This document shows, one piece after another, positions 27,255-36,319 of a stretch of DNA of 64,000 bases. Made by a program: the position numbers and the translations under genes. Below the pieces are notes generated by a model. The model searched no databases, was not told the origin of the DNA, and worked only from the letters and a program-made list of their open reading frames with translations. This stretch comes from a bacterium (GTDB lineage Bacteria; Patescibacteriota; Minisyncoccia; Phycocordibacterales; Phycocordibacteraceae): NCBI GenBank assembly GCA_037200965.1, contig JBBCGK010000001.1, forward strand, positions 128,001-192,000. The letters run 5' to 3'. Position 1 is the stretch's first letter. Each line of letters opens with the position of its first letter.

Positions 27255-28285
27255 CTTTAGATTACTCAAAGCACAAAGCAATATTGCTCCAAATTCTCAA
27301 GGATATTTATTCCGATACTTCGATCGCTCCTCACTTGGGTTTCAAAGGCGGGACGGCCGCGCTTTTATTCTACGGACTCAATCGTAACTCGGTAGACTTG
27401 GACTTCGATCTGTTGGACGAAAGCAAAGAGGCAGAGGTCTTTGAGAAGATTCAGAAAATCACTGCGGCCTATGGAACGATTACCGATTCCTACATTAAAA
27501 AGTTCAATCTCCTGAATGTTATCTCTTACGCACCTGGAGCACAGAAGATAAAAGTCGAAATCAATCGCCGGAACTTTGGCTCGCGCTATGAGCTTAAGAC
27601 CTTGCTTGGTATCTCCATGCTGGTCATGGTGGAAGCTGATACATACGCCCACAAATTGATGGCCATGTACGAGCGCGTCGGTAAGACGAGCCGTGATATT
27701 TTCGACGTGTACTATTTCGAAAAGAAAGGCTGGGATATCAATAAAACTATTGTTGAGGATCGTTCCGGACTGTCATTCAAGGACACCCTCGCCAAGTGCA
27801 TCGATTTGCTGGAAAAGATGGATAACAAGCACATCTTGGATGGCTTGGGTGAATTGCTGACAGATCCGCAAAAAGATTGGGCCCGCGCCAAGCTCAAAGA
27901 AGAGACTATTTTCTTGCTCAAAGTAAAAATGGAAGGCTTGGGCAAGATTGATACCCTGCCGCCATATACTTCGGCCGATGTTGAAGCTATACAAACCATA
28001 CTCAATGATAAGTTCTTTAAGAACACTCCTTTTGCATGCGAGAAATTGACGGTTAAAAAGGATAAAGTGTTTTTCGAAAAGAACAGCTCTGACGAGGATA
28101 GCTACGGGTACGACATTGAGTGCGTGCTTTTGCAGGATGGTAAGAAGGTAGAAGTCTCGATCGATCCGATAACAAACAAGGTCGGCGCAGATCAAGTTGC
28201 CCATCTCATAGCACATACCGTTTGGGCAAAGCTGGATCAATCGATGACCAGTCAGCTTTGGAAGAATTTTCCAACCAACCTATAA
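27251..28285 (+). CDS. AbiEii/AbiGii-family nucleotidyltransferase toxin (DUF1814)
   Basis: GFKGGTAALLFYGLNRNSVDLDFDL, the hallmark NTase motif of AbiEii. Confidence 0.7.
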   Translation: MTLDYSKHKAILLQILKDIYSDTSIAPHLGFKGGTAALLFYGLNRNSVDLDFDLLDESKEAEVFEKIQKITAAYGTITDSYIKKFNLLNVISYAPGAQKIKVEINRRNFGSRYELKTLLGISMLVMVEADTYAHKLMAMYERVGKTSRDIFDVYYFEKKGWDINKTIVEDRSGLSFKDTLAKCIDLLEKMDNKHILDGLGELLTDPQKDWARAKLKEETIFLLKVKMEGLGKIDTLPPYTSADVEAIQTILNDKFFKNTPFACEKLTVKKDKVFFEKNSSDEDSYGYDIECVLLQDGKKVEVSIDPITNKVGADQVAHLIAHTVWAKLDQSMTSQLWKNFPTNL

Positions 28286-28289
28286 ATTT

Positions 28290-29360
28290 ATGCCAAAGGA
28301 AATCGCCAAAAAGTCATTGAATAAGAACTTGCACAAGGCAAGCGCCGCGAAGAAAGATGAGTTTTATACTCAGATTGTTGATATTGAAAAAGAGTTGAAA
28401 CACTACAAAGATCAATTCCGTGGCAAGGTAGTGTATTGCAACTGCGATGATCCATTTGAGAGCAACTTCTTTAAATATTTCGCAGGAAATTTCAATGCAC
28501 TCGGACTGAAAAGACTTATTGCCACTAGTTACAAGCCGTCTCCTATAGCCAATACGCAATTAGGGCTATTTGGCGACATCAAGGCCATAAACACGCCCAA
28601 GGGCCGTCCTAAGGTAACCGCGAACAAATTCATTATCAATGAAGTTGATGATATAGACGGCGATGGCGCATTTGACTTGCGTGATATTGCCGAGCAACTC
28701 AAGGCTAACAAAAACAATGAATGGGCTCCATTAGAGGGTGAAGGAGATTTTAGAAGTGAAGAAAGCATAGAACTGCTGAAGCAAGCTGATATTGTAGTAA
28801 CAAATCCGCCTTTTTCCTTGTTCCGCGAGTATGTCGCACAGCTAGTAGAACACAACAAAAAGTTTTTGATTCTAGGTGACCAAAATGCAGTAACCTATAA
28901 AGAAACCTTTGGCTTCATCAAAGAAAATAAACTATGGCATGGCTACGACAATGGTGGCACAAAATGGTTTCAGGTTCCTGACGATTATGACATTGAGACT
29001 GAATCAAGAATAAAAGTTGAGAATGGTATAAAGTTTTTCAGCATGGGTAGAATTGTGTGGTATACAAACCTCGAGACCACAAAACGTCACGAGAAAATAG
29101 TCTTGTATAAGAAATATACACCAGAGGAATTCCCTAAATATGATAATTCCGATGTTATAAACATCGATAAAGTCTCCGATATTCCGATGGATTATGACGG
29201 AGTGATGGGTGTACCAATTACTTTTGTTGATAAATATAGTCCAGCACAGTTTGAAATTTTGGGTATCGCTAATTCCGCAAGATGGATTGGTTACGAATGT
29301 TTTACCTTGATTAAAGGTAGGAAAATATATAATCGAATTTTAATTAAGCGTAAAAAATAA
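28290..29360 (+). CDS. putative N6-adenine DNA methyltransferase
   Basis: NPPF (VVTNPPFSLF) motif IV and upstream DEFYTQ; 5 nt after AbiEii and 1 nt before the next gene. Confidence 0.55.
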   Translation: MPKEIAKKSLNKNLHKASAAKKDEFYTQIVDIEKELKHYKDQFRGKVVYCNCDDPFESNFFKYFAGNFNALGLKRLIATSYKPSPIANTQLGLFGDIKAINTPKGRPKVTANKFIINEVDDIDGDGAFDLRDIAEQLKANKNNEWAPLEGEGDFRSEESIELLKQADIVVTNPPFSLFREYVAQLVEHNKKFLILGDQNAVTYKETFGFIKENKLWHGYDNGGTKWFQVPDDYDIETESRIKVENGIKFFSMGRIVWYTNLETTKRHEKIVLYKKYTPEEFPKYDNSDVINIDKVSDIPMDYDGVMGVPITFVDKYSPAQFEILGIANSARWIGYECFTLIKGRKIYNRILIKRKK

Positions 29361-29361
29361 T

Positions 29362-30465
29362 ATGAAAATTGATCTAAACAAAATTACTGTGCGGGAAGTC
29401 GTGAATGGCTACAAAGATGGCTCTGAGGAGGGCGTTGTTGCGTATGGTGGAAAGCTTGATGTGCGCCCGAAGTATCAGCGCGAATTCGTATACAAAGACA
29501 AACAGCGCGATGCGGTTATTGATACCGTTAGAAAAGGCTTCCCTCTCAACGTGATGTATTGGGTGAAAACCGATGACGGAAATTTTGAAGTACTTGACGG
29601 ACAGCAGAGGACAATCAGTCTAGGCCAGTATGTAAATGGCGACTTCTCGGTGGATTTCAATGGTCGCCTCGCTATGTTCCATAACCTTACCAAAGAGGAG
29701 CAGGAACAAATTCTGAACTACGAATTGATGATTTATTTCTGCGAGGGAAACGATAAAGAGAAACTTGATTGGTTTAAGACAATCAATATTGCCGGAGAGC
29801 GTTTAACCGACCAAGAGCTACGCAACGCTGTATATACCGGCCCGTGGCTTTCTGATGCAAAGCTAAAATTCAGCAAATCAAACTGTGCGGCGTATTTGTT
29901 GGCAAACGATGGCGGACAGTTAATTAGCGGCTCGCCGATCCGGCAAGAGTATTTGGAAACCGCACTCTCGTGGATAAATAACGATGAAGTGGCCAATTAC
30001 ATGGCCAAACATCAACACGACGAGAATGCAGAGGAATTGTGGGCTTACTTCCAAAGCGTTATTGCATGGGTACGAAAGACGTTCCCAAATTACCGCAAGG
30101 AAATGACGAGTGTGAATTGGGGTGAGCTATACAACGAATTCAAAGACAAGAAATTGAATGAGACTAAGCTCGAAGCCGAAGTTAAGAAGTTGATGCAAGA
30201 CGAGGACGTGACGAAAAAGTCCGGTATCTACCCTTATGTCTTAACGGGACAGGAGCGAGAGCTTTCTATCCGCGCTTTTACCGACAAGATGAAGCGTGAA
30301 GCATACGAGCGGCAAGATGGCATCTGCCCGTTTTGCAAGAAAAAATATGACATCTCAGAAATGGAGGCCGATCATATTGCTCCATGGCATGAAGGTGGAA
30401 AGACTACGGCCGAAAATTGTCAGATGCTCTGCAAACAAGACAACCGGACGAAGTCTGGAAAATAA
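29362..30465 (+). CDS. DUF262 (ParB-like DGQQR NTPase/nuclease) plus C-terminal HNH endonuclease protein (GmrSD-like)
   Basis: DGQQR motif (LDGQQRT) and HNH motif DHIAPWHEGGKTTAENCQMLCKQDN. Confidence 0.75.
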   Translation: MKIDLNKITVREVVNGYKDGSEEGVVAYGGKLDVRPKYQREFVYKDKQRDAVIDTVRKGFPLNVMYWVKTDDGNFEVLDGQQRTISLGQYVNGDFSVDFNGRLAMFHNLTKEEQEQILNYELMIYFCEGNDKEKLDWFKTINIAGERLTDQELRNAVYTGPWLSDAKLKFSKSNCAAYLLANDGGQLISGSPIRQEYLETALSWINNDEVANYMAKHQHDENAEELWAYFQSVIAWVRKTFPNYRKEMTSVNWGELYNEFKDKKLNETKLEAEVKKLMQDEDVTKKSGIYPYVLTGQERELSIRAFTDKMKREAYERQDGICPFCKKKYDISEMEADHIAPWHEGGKTTAENCQMLCKQDNRTKSGK

Positions 30466-30482
30466 GGTTATGAAAGAGTCCC

Positions 30483-32966
30483 ATGAAAATCATCCGAGCT
30501 ATACAATTTTTCTTTCGTAGGATTTCATGGAGACAGAGAACCTCTCCCTCCTTTGCTTTTGAAGTGGACAAAAAACCGAACTGGCTCGTCTATGCTTGGG
30601 GTGTCTTTGCCGGCTTCTTTTACAGCATCTTTCAGCGACGACGCGAGTCATTAAGGGTACTTTACCGCAATCAGGAACGCCGGAAGACTGAGTACACCAT
30701 ACCGATGCAGATCGTGCGGCAGTCTATGGGTACGATCTTGGTTCTAATACTGGCACTGGTCGGAGTAACCCTCGCTGATTGGGGCGTCGAGAAGCTCGCA
30801 AATCTACTCTCTCAGGTGCAGGCCGGCTGGTTTATAGCTTTCGCCGCACACTTTAATTTCTTTACGATTCCCGACAAAGAATTCTTTAAGCTCGTGCTTG
30901 AGATATCTATTGGCGCGATCTCCGCCATCCTCGGACTCTTATTTGCTTTATACGCGGTCGGTCTCCAGCTCACGACCGATAAGTACTCGTCTAAGGTGTC
31001 CGATTACGTCAATCAGGAAACCGTCGGCAATTTCTTTTTCAAACTCCTCGTCTTTACTGATATCTTTGCGATTGCCGTCTTGCTCCGTATTCAGATTCTC
31101 GCGCTTCCGTCACCGATCAGCTTCATTGCCGTTGTCGTTCTAGTAGTTATCTGCTTGCTTGGCATCATTGTTTTCAAGAATCACTACATTCTCACCATCA
31201 AGCCGAAGAACCTTTTTGAGAGGTTGCAGTCCGACATAAAGACGAGCATCCGGCTTGCCTCGGATCGGACCCGGTATTCCTATAAAAGCTGGAGCATTGT
31301 GCAGACTTCGCGCGTGCGAACGCAGGATCATCTCTCAATACTCAAAACTCTCTTTGAAGATCTCTGGCACGCCGAAAATTGGAACGACGTGATTTACACG
31401 CCGATGGTGCTTGCAAACTTGATCACCGACTACGCCAAGCGAAAGAAATATATCGACAGAGAGCGTGGCTGGTGGTTCCCGCAAACGCAGGTGGAGGTCA
31501 AGGCAAACAGCATGTCTACGCTCACCCTGAAGCTGAATTTCGAGCTTCAGGGCAAAGGGCCTCTGCGTATAGGTAGCCCAGACTATTTGTGGTTCGAGAA
31601 CGGTATTTTCGACATTCTCAAAGCGGTAGAGTCTCGTGTTGGAACTGCGCCGCAGGATACTCATCTGCTCAAATACGTCATTGATTTTTATCAGACCGCA
31701 CTTGCTGGCGACTACGAAAAAGATGAGTACAGCCGCTATCAGAAAGCAGTCGCGGGTCTATATGAGAATCAGGAGACCGACGCTTTCGAGAAATATCTCG
31801 ATGGCTTCTTTGCTTTGTATGAGAGAGTGCAAACCGACGACGAGCTGGGCGCGTATCTCAACGCTTACTTTGCGATCGGGCTGACTCTTATCGACGGCTT
31901 CGATTACGCCAAGTATCAGGAGGTAATAAAATCGCTCATCGGCGCAGACGGCCAGCTCACTCGCACCCGTGAGGAGCTTGCTCGGCTCGATCTGCCCGGA
32001 GTGTTTTATAACCAAATCCTCGACTACTGGGATCGCCTCGATCTTGAAGTCCAGTGTGAGGGACGCGTTATAACGCCGCAAGACCGGCTCGAAAAGGAAA
32101 CGCTCGACGATGCCCATGCAAAGGAAAAGCAGTACTTCGCCAAATTCTTTGAGAAGCTGATTACGCACCACAACACCGTTCTCCAAGACCTCTACCAGAA
32201 AGGAAAACATAAGGAGCTTGCGATGTTCATCAAGGCTCGCTTCGAGTGGATCAGTCGCTTGCTTTATATCAACAAGGTTGCTCTGGCCGACGAGTATGGC
32301 GCGAAGATCGCCGGTGCTGGCGTTTACCTTCCATTTCTGCCAAAGCAGATACTTCTCGACTCGGAGTTTTGGGAAGAACTTGAAAAGACTCTATTCCCAT
32401 CAGTCATTGAAAATTGCCCAACGCTTTTTAAGGTGTTGTCCGGATTGCTCACGCTCATGTTGCCAGTCATCAATGCCGACGAGAAAAATGTCGACAACAT
32501 CATGTATCGCAATCGCCTCGGTCTCATTCTTGGCGGATTCGTATACCTCGTCTGCGAATTCAGGCAGGATTACAGCCTGATGATCGAGTACGTGCAAACG
32601 ATTGAAGTTGCGTACCAGCCAGGCCAGTTCGTCAAAGCAATGGAGGTACTCTCGAAGCCGAAGGAAGTCGGAGGTCTCGACCTCACGCTCAAGCTCATAA
32701 ACTGGGAGCTTACTCGCTACCATCACTGGTTCGGCGAAATCCTCGGCCAGATATCGGAGCTTCCTAAGACCTACGATAACGTCCGTGTCTATTCCGGCTT
32801 GCAAGAGGTCGCAGACCATCCGAGCAAGTTCATCCGTGAGTTGAGCTACCGGCCGTACCAGCCGGAGGAAGAATGCGCGGAGGCATTTGTCGAGTGGGCA
32901 AAGAAGCGAGATGCTATCCGACAATTGGTCGAAGTGCTTAAGAAAGTTCAAGAGAAAAAGATATGA
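30483..32966 (+). CDS. large (827 aa) membrane-anchored protein of unknown function
   Basis: ~4 TM helices in residues ~80-230, then ~600-aa soluble region with no recognisable motif; low GC. Confidence 0.5.
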   Translation: MKIIRAIQFFFRRISWRQRTSPSFAFEVDKKPNWLVYAWGVFAGFFYSIFQRRRESLRVLYRNQERRKTEYTIPMQIVRQSMGTILVLILALVGVTLADWGVEKLANLLSQVQAGWFIAFAAHFNFFTIPDKEFFKLVLEISIGAISAILGLLFALYAVGLQLTTDKYSSKVSDYVNQETVGNFFFKLLVFTDIFAIAVLLRIQILALPSPISFIAVVVLVVICLLGIIVFKNHYILTIKPKNLFERLQSDIKTSIRLASDRTRYSYKSWSIVQTSRVRTQDHLSILKTLFEDLWHAENWNDVIYTPMVLANLITDYAKRKKYIDRERGWWFPQTQVEVKANSMSTLTLKLNFELQGKGPLRIGSPDYLWFENGIFDILKAVESRVGTAPQDTHLLKYVIDFYQTALAGDYEKDEYSRYQKAVAGLYENQETDAFEKYLDGFFALYERVQTDDELGAYLNAYFAIGLTLIDGFDYAKYQEVIKSLIGADGQLTRTREELARLDLPGVFYNQILDYWDRLDLEVQCEGRVITPQDRLEKETLDDAHAKEKQYFAKFFEKLITHHNTVLQDLYQKGKHKELAMFIKARFEWISRLLYINKVALADEYGAKIAGAGVYLPFLPKQILLDSEFWEELEKTLFPSVIENCPTLFKVLSGLLTLMLPVINADEKNVDNIMYRNRLGLILGGFVYLVCEFRQDYSLMIEYVQTIEVAYQPGQFVKAMEVLSKPKEVGGLDLTLKLINWELTRYHHWFGEILGQISELPKTYDNVRVYSGLQEVADHPSKFIRELSYRPYQPEEECAEAFVEWAKKRDAIRQLVEVLKKVQEKKI

Positions 32967-34066
32967 GACGACGCGCTTACAAACAAAGAGTGAAAGGCTA
33001 TGTGTTCGATGATCCGTTCCTCGGCTACATTCAAGGCCGCGACCGGCTAGAGAAGGCGTCATGGAACGCAATGGAACTAAGCAACGAGACCGACTCTGTA
33101 CGGTACTCGCTCTTTCCGTTGCGCGATATACCGGTGGCGGATCGTCCCGGCTATGTGACTCACGAACGCAATTACTTCAGCATCGAGTGCGATGATCCAG
33201 TCTTGAAAAAAGACCTCGAGATGTATTTCACCGACGAGCATTCGTTCTATCGGGATGGCCTGTACGGTCAGGGCGATGTGCTAGGAGGCTTTTTGGAGAG
33301 CATCGCGCACGAGCTGTTTGTGGTCGGCGATTCATTCCGCATGATCGAATGGGAGGAGGTCGATATCAAAGGCCGGAAGTATCAATTTCCAGTCGACTTT
33401 GAATATCTCAGGAACGAGACGATGAAAGTGCGCCGCAAGGGAGGGTTGATCGTAGGTTATCGGCAAAAGTACAGCCTCTTTACCTATCTCAAGGAGAAGC
33501 GATTCAAGGGATACGAGGATAAAGAGAAGCCGCGATCGTTTGAGTTTGAAAAAGAGGAGGTTGTGTACTGCAAGTATCCGTTTGCTAAAAAGTCGCCGAC
33601 GGCGCAGAGCATCAAATACCTTAAGCCAATCAAGAAGTTCTGGCAGTTCGGCATTGATCAATCGAAGAGTGGTGTCGAGGTAGAAAATCATTATCTGCCG
33701 CTTGAGCGAGCGCGGTACACCACCTATTCGCGAGAGAAACGGAAGTACGATATCGCTCGTGGAAAGATACGCACCATTTTCAATTACTTGATGGAAACGA
33801 ACGGGCCTAAGCTCACGCAGTATTACGATATATACACCGTGATCCGCTACAAAAAATTCCTCAATGACTTTAGGGATTATTTGGTACGAGAATTCAACGA
33901 GCAGGTGCTGGCGATCGTGGCAAAAAGGAATGGCTTTACTTCCGTCCCTAAACTCGTCTATAGTGGCTTTCTCTCTAATGCCGAACTGGATGCCGCACTA
34001 CAGGGTTACACAGACGGCACGATCACGTTTGATCAGATTGTTCAGCAAATAGTAAAAAAGTCTTAA
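32963..34066 (+). CDS. hypothetical protein (367 aa), translationally coupled
   Basis: ATGA overlap with the upstream gene; no recognisable motif. Confidence 0.45.
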   Translation: MRRRAYKQRVKGYVFDDPFLGYIQGRDRLEKASWNAMELSNETDSVRYSLFPLRDIPVADRPGYVTHERNYFSIECDDPVLKKDLEMYFTDEHSFYRDGLYGQGDVLGGFLESIAHELFVVGDSFRMIEWEEVDIKGRKYQFPVDFEYLRNETMKVRRKGGLIVGYRQKYSLFTYLKEKRFKGYEDKEKPRSFEFEKEEVVYCKYPFAKKSPTAQSIKYLKPIKKFWQFGIDQSKSGVEVENHYLPLERARYTTYSREKRKYDIARGKIRTIFNYLMETNGPKLTQYYDIYTVIRYKKFLNDFRDYLVREFNEQVLAIVAKRNGFTSVPKLVYSGFLSNAELDAALQGYTDGTITFDQIVQQIVKKS

Positions 34067-34072
34067 AAAGAT

Positions 34073-34666
34073 ATGGGAGAAAAAGATAAACAAATTCTAA
34101 AAGATTCCGCGTTGGTCATTGCCGACCAGATAGCGTCCGCATTGCCGGGATTAAATATTGCATGGGGTTTAAGCAAGGCATTGTATGGTGCTGGTCTAAA
34201 ACTTCGTGAACAAAGAGCATTGGAATGGATTGAAATGGTTAGAGATAATCCCTCGGCATTTACTGAAACAATTATGCAAGATGCGAAATTCCAAGACGGA
34301 TTTGTGTACGCGTTGGAGCGTTATATCAGAGAGAAAAACGATAACAAAAGAAAAGCGATGCGCTCCGTATTTCTTGGGTTTGCGCTATCTCCGAATCAGG
34401 ACACTTTTGAGCTAGAGAGGATGTACCATGTATTAGGTATTCTTAGTGCAGAGGATATGATCGTTTTGAAGGATGTCGATTTTACACGAACCGATTTTCA
34501 TCAAGTGTATGAGCAGACTACCGACAAAAATGAGAACGTCTACAATTTGGTGAATGCCGGAATCTTGATGTCTGACTATTCATCTCGCATTGGCCCCATA
34601 GCCGCGCCATTTATAAAAGTAACTGCGTTTGGGAAAAGTTTTGTCGGATTCTTAAAATCAACATGA
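34073..34666 (+). CDS. hypothetical protein (197 aa)
   Basis: 6-nt gap after the upstream gene; stop overlaps the start of the DUF2726 gene. Confidence 0.4.
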   Translation: MGEKDKQILKDSALVIADQIASALPGLNIAWGLSKALYGAGLKLREQRALEWIEMVRDNPSAFTETIMQDAKFQDGFVYALERYIREKNDNKRKAMRSVFLGFALSPNQDTFELERMYHVLGILSAEDMIVLKDVDFTRTDFHQVYEQTTDKNENVYNLVNAGILMSDYSSRIGPIAAPFIKVTAFGKSFVGFLKST

Positions 34667-35175
34667 CAATCTTTTATATAATTATAGGCATCATTATAGT
34701 CATCGCAGTAGCACTCGCAATTTCCCGTGGAGGTTTTGCTGACGTGGCGGAGAAAGCTAAGTATCGCTATAACCGCAAGAATTTCTTCCTTACTCGAGCA
34801 GAGCACGAATGCTATGACGCTCTCGTTGCGGCAGTCGGCGCGGAGTATCGCATTTTCGCACAGGTGCATTTGCCAACACTGGTCGATCACACGGTTCGGG
34901 GGCAGGATTGGCGCGCGGCTCTGGCTCACATCAATCGGAAGTCTGTTGACTTCGTGCTATGCGATAAGGCGTATCTCTCTCCAAAGCTTGCTATTGAGCT
35001 TGATGATAAGTCCCATGAGCGACCCGATCGGCAAGAGCGCGATCGCGAAGTCGAGCGGATTCTGCGCGAAGCCGCCGTGCCGCTTTTGAGGCTAGAGAAT
35101 CATGGCCATTTTGCTCCTGACGAACTAAAAAGATTGATCGAGAACGCTCTGACACCGTCTACTCCAACAACTTAA
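34663..35175 (+). CDS. DUF2726 (NERD/PD-(D/E)xK-like nuclease fold) protein with N-terminal TM helix
   Basis: FLTRAEHECYDAL...RKSVDFVLCDK...AIELDDKSH, characteristic of DUF2726. GC content rises sharply relative to the upstream genes. Confidence 0.6.
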   Translation: MTIFYIIIGIIIVIAVALAISRGGFADVAEKAKYRYNRKNFFLTRAEHECYDALVAAVGAEYRIFAQVHLPTLVDHTVRGQDWRAALAHINRKSVDFVLCDKAYLSPKLAIELDDKSHERPDRQERDREVERILREAAVPLLRLENHGHFAPDELKRLIENALTPSTPTT

Positions 35176-35470
35176 AACGGCGCAGTTCTTTCTGCGCCGT
35201 TTCTATGTCCTCGAGGACTTTGAGATAGATTCGCTTTGTTTTCTTTGATTTCGGATTGCGCTCGGCAAAGAGGACGTCGTCATCCTCGACGAAGCCGGCG
35301 AGCGAGATGTACGCGCCCGCGAGATGTCTCATGCGATCTTTGAGCGCCGCCTTCAGTTTGGCTTTCGGCTCCGGAAGCAAAGAGAGCGGATTGAGCATGC
35401 CTTTCCGGTATTTGAGTCGTATATCTTTCGCAGCGCGGATAGCTGCGTCGATGTCCTCGGTATCTTCCAT
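35159..35470 (-). CDS. hypothetical small protein
   Basis: 103-aa ORF convergent with the DUF2726 gene; the 60-nt repeat lies in its upstream region. Confidence 0.3.
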   Translation of the reverse strand: MEDTEDIDAAIRAAKDIRLKYRKGMLNPLSLLPEPKAKLKAALKDRMRHLAGAYISLAGFVEDDDVLFAERNPKSKKTKRIYLKVLEDIETAQKELRRFKLLE

Positions 35471-35474
35471 CGCA

Positions 35475-35534
35475 ACACGACCCTATGCCTATTCGCGTGA
35501 GAAGCCAAGCTCGTTTTGGCGTAGTTACCCACAT
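35475..35534. repeat. copy B of the imperfect repeat
   Basis: See copy A; lies between ORF 35159..35470 and the recombinase remnant. Confidence 0.5.
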
Positions 35535-35729
35535 CTCGTGCCAAGGCTTCAAATTTCGTCAAACCGGTGGTCGAGGGTGCAAACTGGTATCAGTTGTGGA
35601 TCGCTCCGACAAAGTTCGCTACAGGGGCACACAGGCGGGAAATCGAGGGGTTATAGGTTTTCGTACTTGGCCAGGAGGCCTTTCATTTGGTCGAGCACCA
35701 CGGTCGGATATTTGTACTCCTCCGCCCAG

Positions 35730-36319
35730 TCAAAAGTTCGAAAGTCGTTCAGAAGGGCGAGCAGAATAGGACAGAGAGACTCGAAAGAGTCTTTTATTTA
35801 CCTTGTTATTTTCGAGTTCGAAAGTCTTTCCTAGGTCTATCCTCTCTTGAACACGCTGGGCCAGCTTTTCAACTGGCTTTGTGAGTGTGTAGGCCACTTT
35901 TTCGTCCTTAAGTAGTAGGTTCGAAAAAATTTGACCCAAAAAAGTACCCTCCGCTCCTCAGGGGTTCTGCGTAGGTAGATTTCTCGTGCTCGTGTTGCAA
36001 GATCAACAATGTTAAGCCAAATCTCGAAGTATTTAGCCTCATCATCTTTAAGTCTCGAAATCTGAGACTGGGGGCTTGTTTGCTCCTCGGTTATTTCCTT
36101 CTGCTTAGTTTCCCATTGATAGACGGTAATACGTCCCTCCAAACGATCATCGTAAAGTACGTCCAAACGCCTCTGTAAGGCCTTCCAGCGGGCGTTTAGG
36201 GCACTTACGGTCTTCTCCTTGTATTCGATTTCTTCAGCAGGAAGTTTATTTCGAAAGTAAGCAAAGCACCTTAATGTATCATTTCGAAACCTTCTCGACC
36301 TTGCCAGTCGCCCGATCAA
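35730..36319 (-). pseudogene. remnant of a second large serine recombinase gene (C-terminal coiled-coil/tail only, frameshifted)
   Basis: ORF 35837..36319 (EEIEYKEKTVSALNARWKALQRRLDVLYDDRLEGRI...) aligns with EEIEFREKATGELERRYQTATQRLDKIYDDKIDGKI of the intact recombinase. ORF 35730..35939 (...KLAQRVQERIDLGKTFE) aligns with its tail (...KIISDRVMQMMGEKTDEKRTFE). Confidence 0.55.
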
